Source of the DNA: Naegleria gruberi
Lineage: Eukaryota
Direction: 5' to 3' (one strand)
NCBI GenBank assembly: GCA_000004985.1
Contig: GG738855.1
DNA: 64,000 nt
In this document: one piece after another, positions 57,374 through 64,000 of the stretch
Layout of the letters: each line of letters begins with the position of its first letter
Position numbering within the stretch: position 1 is the stretch's first letter
The notes under the pieces: model-generated
The model's input: only the letters and a program-made list of their open reading frames with translations
The model's database searches: none
What the model was told of the DNA's origin: nothing
Translations under genes and position numbers: made by a program

Positions 57374-58693
57374 ATGCTCAAACAATTTTCTGCGTCATCA
57401 TCGGTAAAATGTAGAAATTGCCTTCATCATATTTATTATTGGAGATTTATAAAAAATTATTATTCAAGAACAATAGTATTGTCTGATGAGAGAAAGGATT
57501 CCGATGACCAGGCTATTAGTTCCTTGTTGAATAAATTACATGGTAATTCATCATTCAATCAGAAAAGAGAGGATTTGTTAAAACACTCTGGGAATCATAA
57601 ATCGAAAAAATCAACAAATGCATATCTGGAAGCTCTGGAACAAGAAGAATTTGGTAAACATATTAAAACCAACGATGAAAAAAAACAAAATGTAAATTCA
57701 GAAAAGAAAGTAATAGATGGTTCGAAGGCTTCTAGAGGTTTAATGTCAACTCTTCAAACCTTGAAATCTAAAAATCAAGCAAATGTGCAACAAGTTCCAA
57801 ATGATGATTTTATTACTAGTCAACCTAAACAACTCAAAGCCAATCATGTTTTTAGGAAACATTTTAGACAAGAAAAGACAAACATTATTGAAATGAACGA
57901 CTTGGATGAAAAGTGGACTAAATATGTTGTGGATAAAGATGGATCAATACCAGATTCAATTAGAAAACACCTTTCTCCGATAGAAGTGGATAGCGACAAA
58001 TTAACAGAAGAGGAACAAATTCAAGTGTTCTCAAAAGGATACTCGGAATGGATCAATCCAGACCACAAACAAAAGAACGTTTTGAATCCAGTTGGTGATA
58101 TTTCTCACCTCAAAACTATTAAGAAAATTATAGAGCAAAAAGAAGAATCGACAGTGAAAGAAAAACTTGGTTTAGTTGACTCAATTTCATCAAACCATGC
58201 TGCCAATCCGCTGGATAGTTTACCGTCTGCTCAATGGCAAAAACAACTTGTTCATGAGGATCTTGACTTTTCCAGTATTTCATTCACAGGTGAAGTAAGC
58301 AATGATCCATACGAATATGACTCTTACCTCATGGAAGATATTGAAAACTTGGAATTTGACATTGAAAAAATCGAACAAGAGGCAGCTCTCTATGAGGAAG
58401 CCAAAGAAAAGGAGATAGATCGTTTACTTGTTGGAGGTGACAATGAAGAAGATTTTATGCTGTCAAGAGATGGAACCATGTCTTCTTCAGATAGCTTTGG
58501 TATTGGTAACATGTTCGATAACCAATTCCAAAACATTATGAATCAAAAGGGACAAATGAACATTCCACCAAATCCTCAAATGATTGCCCTTGAAAAGAGC
58601 TATAAAGAGTTTCTCTCCAAATCCTCAAACGTTGCCAATACCATCAAAGAACAAGATAAGAGCAAGACTGATAAAAATCCAAAGAGATCCTAA
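57374..58693 (+). CDS. Hypothetical Lys/Glu-rich protein (439 aa)
   Basis: ATG-initiated ORF MLKQFSASSSVKCRNCLHH... N-terminus basic/amphipathic (possible organellar presequence); acidic central segment. No family recognised. Confidence 0.45.
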   Translation: MLKQFSASSSVKCRNCLHHIYYWRFIKNYYSRTIVLSDERKDSDDQAISSLLNKLHGNSSFNQKREDLLKHSGNHKSKKSTNAYLEALEQEEFGKHIKTNDEKKQNVNSEKKVIDGSKASRGLMSTLQTLKSKNQANVQQVPNDDFITSQPKQLKANHVFRKHFRQEKTNIIEMNDLDEKWTKYVVDKDGSIPDSIRKHLSPIEVDSDKLTEEEQIQVFSKGYSEWINPDHKQKNVLNPVGDISHLKTIKKIIEQKEESTVKEKLGLVDSISSNHAANPLDSLPSAQWQKQLVHEDLDFSSISFTGEVSNDPYEYDSYLMEDIENLEFDIEKIEQEAALYEEAKEKEIDRLLVGGDNEEDFMLSRDGTMSSSDSFGIGNMFDNQFQNIMNQKGQMNIPPNPQMIALEKSYKEFLSKSSNVANTIKEQDKSKTDKNPKRS

Positions 58694-58913
58694 CGGGCCA
58701 AATATTTGACTCTAGATTTTACACATTGAACTCATTTCAGGCAGATTTATCATTGGGTTGAACTGGACACAATTTATTATAGATATAACTACATCAAGAA
58801 GGTACCATGGTACCATTGAGTAGCTTAATAAAGGAGAAGGTCCTAAGTTCCTTATTTGTTCAAATAGGGTCTCAAACAGACTTTGAACACGAAGAATTTA
58901 TACAAAACAAAAA

Positions 58914-59543
58914 ATGGGCAACGCAAAATCGAGAGAGTTGGTATTGAGTGATGAACAAATGGAAGAATTGAAAGCTATTGGTAATTGTAAGTGTTTAATT
59001 TGTGTTGAAGAGAAATAAAAATCACGATCAGTTAGCGAAAGACAAGTTTATTATTACCTGGATTCGTTCTATGATGAATATCCTTCTGGCGCCTTAGATA
59101 AGGAAACATTTGTTAGGGAAAATAGTGAAGCTCATGCTGGTACACGCCAGATGTGGTCACATATTTTTGATCAGTTGGATAAGAATGGAGATGGTTATTT
59201 TGATTTTAAGGAATATTTAATAAGCCTTGCTGTCGGTACAAACAGTACGAACGAGGAAAAATTACTTTTTGCCTTCAAGGTGTTTGATATAGGCTCTGAT
59301 GGATACATTGATTATTATGAATTTTCACAATTATATCATTTTATATTTGGAAATCACAAGGAAAATGAAGAGCGAGCAGCAAAAAATCAAACTGTTAAGG
59401 AAGATAAGGAACTAGATGAAAAATGTAGAAGATTATTCGAAAAATTAGATGCCAATTCACAAGATGGAAAACTGTCCATGCCAGAATTTGTTCACGGTCT
59501 CAAAAACGATCCAGTCATTATTGCTGCTTTTACAATATTTTAA
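58914..59543 (+). CDS. Neuronal-calcium-sensor/recoverin-family EF-hand protein, N-myristoylated, two exons
   Basis: MGNAKS.. (Gly2 myristoylation consensus). Exon 1 to 58986 (GTAAGT donor; alternative GTAATT donor at 58981), intron to CAG at 59031, exon 2 59032-59543. EF-hands ..FDQLDKNGDGYFDFKEYLISL.., ..FKVFDIGSDGYIDYYEF.., ..FEKLDANSQDGKLSMPEFVHGL... Confidence 0.75.
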
Positions 59544-59615
59544 AAGAGGCAAATTATCTTGGAAAATTTTAAGATGTAAACATATTGTAAATACTTGGTC
59601 GAGTTTACTTTTGAA

Positions 59616-60479
59616 TTATGATTGAGTTTGTTTTGAGTATACAATTTTAGTGACCTGACTTGGTTTTCCATGTACTTGTTTGAGTCTTGCCTCGAATGCG
59701 TTGGTCATGTTTTTTACCACTTTAATATTCAGAATAAATATGTTCAGATGAAATCATTACTTACAAAATTCAAAAAACATATTGGCAACATGTTGGTATA
59801 ATTTTGAGGAAAATTCAAAATCCACATGGAATGTTAATCTACAAGTATTTTCAGCTGGACCTTCTGCAATAGTCCAATAATTCGACAGTTTGTTAAATAA
59901 TTTCATATTTTGTGAGACAGCTCTGACACTGACAGGTTCTTTCAGAGTAACAGTAGAGGTATAGGTCTCAACAAATGGTGGAAAACCAACTGTTAAATAA
60001 GCTTCTGATGATTTTTCCACAAGTCCATCTTTATCAGGTTCACTAACTGTCTCCTTTCCATTTTTAACAAAAGCAGAATCCTTAACATTTGGAAGGAAAA
60101 GCTTGTAATCATTGACATTAGAAACTACAGAAAATACTTGTTCGGGAGAAAATCCAATAATTCTCTGTTCCACATATTTAATTCCAGCTGCATTACCATG
60201 TGTTGGTGGTGCAAATAAATTTGGTAAAAATCCTCTAGATTGATTAAATTCACTATTCATTATTAATTTACACTCCACGTTGTGCTTGCTTAGAATTGAT
60301 GATGATTTGAGCACTGATGAAAGAGAGGACTTGTTATTCAATTTCGGAGCTTGAAGGGAACTACTGAAGTATTTAGCAGCACTCACAATCATCGATGTTT
60401 TAATCGGAGAAGAACAATTGCCGAAATTCCTTCTATTGAAAAGCTGTTTGATGGTGGAAGAAGATATCGATTGTTTCAT
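59616..60479 (-). CDS. COQ10: Coenzyme Q-binding protein COQ10 (START/polyketide-cyclase fold), mitochondrial, two exons
   Basis: Exon 1 59765-60479, 45-nt GTAAGT intron 59720-59764, exon 2 59616-59719 (..LVKNMTNAFEARLKQVHG..). ..EAYLTVGFPPFVETYTSTVTLKEP.. matches COQ10 ..LEIGFPPVLERYTSVVTL... N-terminal presequence-like region. Confidence 0.75.
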
Positions 60480-60855
60480 TTTTTTATTATAGAGCCTTGT
60501 ATCAATCAGAACAGACGTCTTGAATTCTAATTGATAAAAGTTAAAATACGTATTATTAATGTTTTTTCATTAAAGAAATTGGTGTGAACATTTTCATTGT
60601 TATTTTCCAGTTTTTAATGGAGATTGGAAAGTTGGCGCGTTTTTTTGCCGTTACACAATTCAAATCAAATAACCAACCAAAAAAAAAGACCATTTCCTAG
60701 TCACACCGGTGAAAGCCAGTTCTTGTTGATTTCATCATAACCGGTTATTGGTCATTAGAAAAACATTTTTATTTCTCTAGTATCATTAACCAAGTTTCCT
60801 CTCCGTATAGTAGTAAATTTATCAACAATAGTAGCGAAATAGATCATCACAAATT

Positions 60856-62949
60856 ATGACTGAAGTTTTCGAAAGAGTTTTATTGGGCAATCGTCATGAC
60901 GCCTGTGATTTAATATTGTTCAATGAACAAAAAATTGGTCTAGTAGTCAATGTAACCGATAACATTGACAATCACTTTGAAGGTTGTAGTCATGTGAAGA
61001 GAAAAATACCAAAACGTGAACAAACCGATGAGATGATATCACTCTCACAATCATCAACTGGTGAGGTGATTTTTGATAGTGAGGGACGAAACATTACTCC
61101 AACCAAACAATCCCAAGAGTTGTTAGGAAATCCACTTTTATTCGATGATGAAGAATCCAATAGTTCAATGTGTGAAACTACTCCATTGAGAGAAACCTTG
61201 TTCACTACCACAACTTCTGAGAGTGATTATCTGGCTATTCCTTCTCAAGTTTCTGATAGCTCTGATTTTTCATCAGCTCCTTCAGATCCAATGTTAACCT
61301 TTGATGATGAAAATTCCATAATGTCATCTGTTAGTGCCTCTGAGAATGATCCATTACTTATCGACCAAACCTCAATGTCCTCTGTCATTAGAGAAGAAGC
61401 TAGTAACAACTCTCAAGCAACTCCTCAAAAGAGTCAAGATGAACCAGTAGTAGTATTTGCCACTCCAAAATCAAAAGCCAAGACACCTAAGAAATCATCT
61501 CAAAAGAAGGAACGGAAAAAGGCTGTTCCAGTCTATGAATATGTAAAATTGGATCACACTGTAATGTATCACAAGATTTCCATCGAAGATTCTCGTGAGA
61601 AAAGAATTGTAGAATACTTTGATGAGGCAATTAGTAAGATTGAAATTTTTTTGGAAAATCATCCAGATATGAAAGTAATGATTCACTGTCGTGAAGGTAA
61701 AAGTAGAAGCGTCTCTACATTAATTGCATATGGTATGAAGAGCCTCAAATTATCCCTCCATGACTGTTACAATCACGTCACTAAAAAGCTTGAAGGAAAT
61801 GATCGTATCAATGATGGTTTCAAGTATCAGCTCATGGACTATGAATTGCAATTGTTAAAAGCTAGATCTTTTGAAAATCCAGATATTGCAGTTGTTAACT
61901 CTTTTACCTTTTTCGAAAAGAGAGGTAGAGGAAGAAAAATGAATTATTCCCTTAATGATGACAATGATGATAAGGATGATGTTGACTATGATGAAGAAGA
62001 TAATTTCGAGGAAGAAGACGACAATGAGGATGAAGATGATGGAGACTATGAAGAAAAGAAGAAAAAGCCAAAGAAGAAAACTGGTGGAAGAAAGAAGAAA
62101 GGACCTCAATTTGCCAAAGATTGGAAAGATATCGATATCCAAGAAAGCAAACCACAAAAAGGAAAGCAATTAAGCTTGTTTGATATGTTTACAAAGAAGA
62201 ATAAGCCAGCACCTACTATTGCTGCTGAACCAACCCAGCCATCAAAGCAGGCATCTCTAGATTCTCTCTTTAGTCCAAAGAAGCCAAAGAAATCATCTAC
62301 AAAGAAATCATCCTCTGCTAAGAAACTAGACTTTGATAACCTTCCACAAGAGGCCACCATTCCAGAAGTCAAGGAAGCAACTAGCAACAATGTTGTCACT
62401 GAGCCAATTGTTCTTATAGCTGATGATAACAAGATGGATACTACTGAAGACATTAAGACACTAGACACCACCTCAAAATCTGAATCATCAGAAATTGAAA
62501 AGTCAGAAGTTAAGGATGGAAAAAAGAAGAAGAAGGAAAAGGATCAAAACAAATCAACCAAAAAGGTTTTCAAGAGAACTCCAAGATTCTCTACTCCAGA
62601 AGAACCAGTAGTTGTTGAAGAGCCAAAGAAGAAGGAAGAATCCAAGAAGAGAAAGAAGACTGAAGAATCTGAATCTAAAACTGAATCCAAAAAGAAAAAG
62701 ACCAAGAAGGAAAAGTCAAAGAAGGATAAAAAGAAAACTGCTTCTGAAACCGAAGCTAAGCCATCATCTGATGAAAGTGCAGCCCAACCAACCACTACCA
62801 CAACAGAACAAGACACAGCTCCTACTGGCTCTTCTTCTGAAGTTATGGAACAAGCTCCACTTGAAGCAGAAAAACCAAAGAAGGTTGAAAAACCAAAGAC
62901 AGGAGGTTTATTCAAATACTTTAAACCAAAAACTGTTACAACTCAATAA
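60856..62949 (+). CDS. Dual-specificity protein phosphatase with a large Ser-rich insertion and a long Lys/Glu-rich tail
   Basis: N-terminus MTEVFERVLLGNRHDACDLILFNEQKIGLVVNVTDN.. is the start of a DUSP fold. After a Ser/Thr-rich segment of roughly 190 aa come ..VMIHCREGKSRSVSTLIAYGM.. (HCxxGxxRS P-loop) and ..NDGFKYQLMDYE... C-terminal ~330 aa are KKEK/E/S low complexity. Confidence 0.7.
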   Translation: MTEVFERVLLGNRHDACDLILFNEQKIGLVVNVTDNIDNHFEGCSHVKRKIPKREQTDEMISLSQSSTGEVIFDSEGRNITPTKQSQELLGNPLLFDDEESNSSMCETTPLRETLFTTTTSESDYLAIPSQVSDSSDFSSAPSDPMLTFDDENSIMSSVSASENDPLLIDQTSMSSVIREEASNNSQATPQKSQDEPVVVFATPKSKAKTPKKSSQKKERKKAVPVYEYVKLDHTVMYHKISIEDSREKRIVEYFDEAISKIEIFLENHPDMKVMIHCREGKSRSVSTLIAYGMKSLKLSLHDCYNHVTKKLEGNDRINDGFKYQLMDYELQLLKARSFENPDIAVVNSFTFFEKRGRGRKMNYSLNDDNDDKDDVDYDEEDNFEEEDDNEDEDDGDYEEKKKKPKKKTGGRKKKGPQFAKDWKDIDIQESKPQKGKQLSLFDMFTKKNKPAPTIAAEPTQPSKQASLDSLFSPKKPKKSSTKKSSSAKKLDFDNLPQEATIPEVKEATSNNVVTEPIVLIADDNKMDTTEDIKTLDTTSKSESSEIEKSEVKDGKKKKKEKDQNKSTKKVFKRTPRFSTPEEPVVVEEPKKKEESKKRKKTEESESKTESKKKKTKKEKSKKDKKKTASETEAKPSSDESAAQPTTTTTEQDTAPTGSSSEVMEQAPLEAEKPKKVEKPKTGGLFKYFKPKTVTTQ

Positions 62950-63020
62950 TAATATTGGATTGCTTAAGAGGAATTCATTATTTATAATAATTATTAAATA
63001 ATAAAAAACTAAATTAAAAA

Positions 63021-64000
63021 ATGAAAAATGTTGTTGTGTGTTTGAATAGGTGCAACGCAATTAAAAGCACCGGAATGCAAAGCCTTCTTCTTTGGAATAG
63101 AACAACACATCAACAACAACAACAATACTTGAATAATTATTATCAACAACAATCATATTATCATACTTGTTCAATTGTGAGAAATGTTGTGGATCCTGCT
63201 GGTTGGACAATCCCTGAAAAGAATTCGTCGGGATCAATTGCATCGGAAGAAGATAATTTAAAAAAAAGAATTACAGTATTAATTAATTCCTTCATCAAAA
63301 AGAATGAATCTATTCAAATTAAACATCCCGAAACAACATCTGAAAATTCACAAAATGATATTCCACAAAGTAACACTCCTGAAATGAATGCATCAATAAC
63401 CAAGCTTCAAAATAGTACATTTTCTATTTGTGATCGTATTTTCATGCTTGTTGAAAGATATGGCGAATATCTATCCGAGGGAACAGTTCATAGAGTTCTT
63501 GAACATTTTGCTTCCATGCATCAACATAAATTGAATGTTCTCATTGTGTTTTCCTATCTCAATCCACAAACAAGTAACGGAGAGAAGAAGAGACAAATTA
63601 ATTTGAGACTTTCTTCAAGCTATGGACCACTACTGGAGTCATATGGTAAATTACATTTATTCCAAAACATGACCCATATTTTCTCAGCCATCACTAATTC
63701 TTTGACTACTGTAAAATGCAATGATTTAGAATCCATTCGCGTTAATATGAGGAAAAGAAATCAAATTGTTAACTCATTCCTCTATAATTTTTCAAGTAAT
63801 GGTGGTCCACTGACAATTCTTTACAGAACTTTGAGAGAAGAAAGATCAAAGAGACTTGAATTTTTCCATGAATACGAAAAGAATCTTCCAACAGATGAAA
63901 CAAGATCACGAGAAGAAATATTTATTCAAGACTTTGATATATCTTGGGATCCAAAAGCCATCTCGTCATATTTCATGATTCAAAATACCAATGTTGATAT
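63021..64000 (+). CDS. Hypothetical protein, 5' partial (frame open to window end)
   Basis: Starting at ATG 63021 (alternatively 63075, MQSLLLW..), one frame is open for over 320 codons to position 64000: ..HQQQQQYLNNYYQQQSYY..DRIFMLVERYGEYLSEGTVHRVLEHFASMHQHKLNVLIVFSYLNPQ... Missing from the ORF track because it lacks a stop inside the window. Confidence 0.4.
   Translation, partial: MKNVVVCLNRCNAIKSTGMQSLLLWNRTTHQQQQQYLNNYYQQQSYYHTCSIVRNVVDPAGWTIPEKNSSGSIASEEDNLKKRITVLINSFIKKNESIQIKHPETTSENSQNDIPQSNTPEMNASITKLQNSTFSICDRIFMLVERYGEYLSEGTVHRVLEHFASMHQHKLNVLIVFSYLNPQTSNGEKKRQINLRLSSSYGPLLESYGKLHLFQNMTHIFSAITNSLTTVKCNDLESIRVNMRKRNQIVNSFLYNFSSNGGPLTILYRTLREERSKRLEFFHEYEKNLPTDETRSREEIFIQDFDISWDPKAISSYFMIQNTNVD

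Noticed and set aside
61855-62915. Minus-strand ORFs 61855..62169, 62106..62471, 62544..62915 antisense to the phosphatase tail
   Set aside because: They are reverse-strand readings of the (AAG/GAA)n-rich Lys/Glu tail that produce poly-F/L/S peptides; no support.
1-64000. Prokaryotic features requested by the task (CRISPR arrays, operons, defence systems, IS elements)
   Set aside because: The sequence has spliceosomal introns with GTAAGT donors and eukaryote-specific genes (SF3B1, TBP, kinesins, eIF3c). No direct-repeat/spacer arrays, terminal inverted repeats or transposase ORFs were seen.

Overview
This window is eukaryotic nuclear DNA, not prokaryotic. It is AT-rich (roughly two-thirds A+T), uses the standard genetic code (TAA stops are used), and has tightly packed genes on both strands with short spliceosomal introns (about 34-80 nt, donors GTAAGT/GTATGT/GTGAGT, acceptors YAG). 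About 30 protein-coding genes were called, several of them spliced, plus one 512-nt run of N (assembly gap, 4392-4903). I saw no rRNA, tRNA, CRISPR array, transposon or long tandem repeat. The supplied ORF track ignores introns and accepts TTG/GTG/CTG as starts, so many listed ORFs are exons of one gene or have spurious N-terminal extensions; gene models below were rebuilt by reading across GT..AG introns by hand. Confidently recognised genes: selenocysteine-specific elongation factor (eEFSec), eIF3 subunit C, ARMC9, kinesin-5 (Eg5/BimC), kinesin-9 (KIF9), an IQGAP-related RasGAP-like protein, TBP, an axonemal dynein intermediate chain (DNAI1-like), a P4-ATPase flippase, SF3B1, sterol 24-C-methyltransferase (ERG6/SMT1), a J-domain protein, an NCS-family calcium sensor, COQ10 and a dual-specificity phosphatase. 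Motile-cilium genes together with selenocysteine machinery, ergosterol-type sterol methylation, IQGAP-related GAPs and Asn/Ser/Gln-rich low-complexity inserts point to a flagellated non-metazoan eukaryote (an amoeboflagellate or early-diverging lineage); the genus cannot be decided from this window. All boundaries come from manual splice reconstruction and are approximate to within a few nt; several start codons are uncertain.
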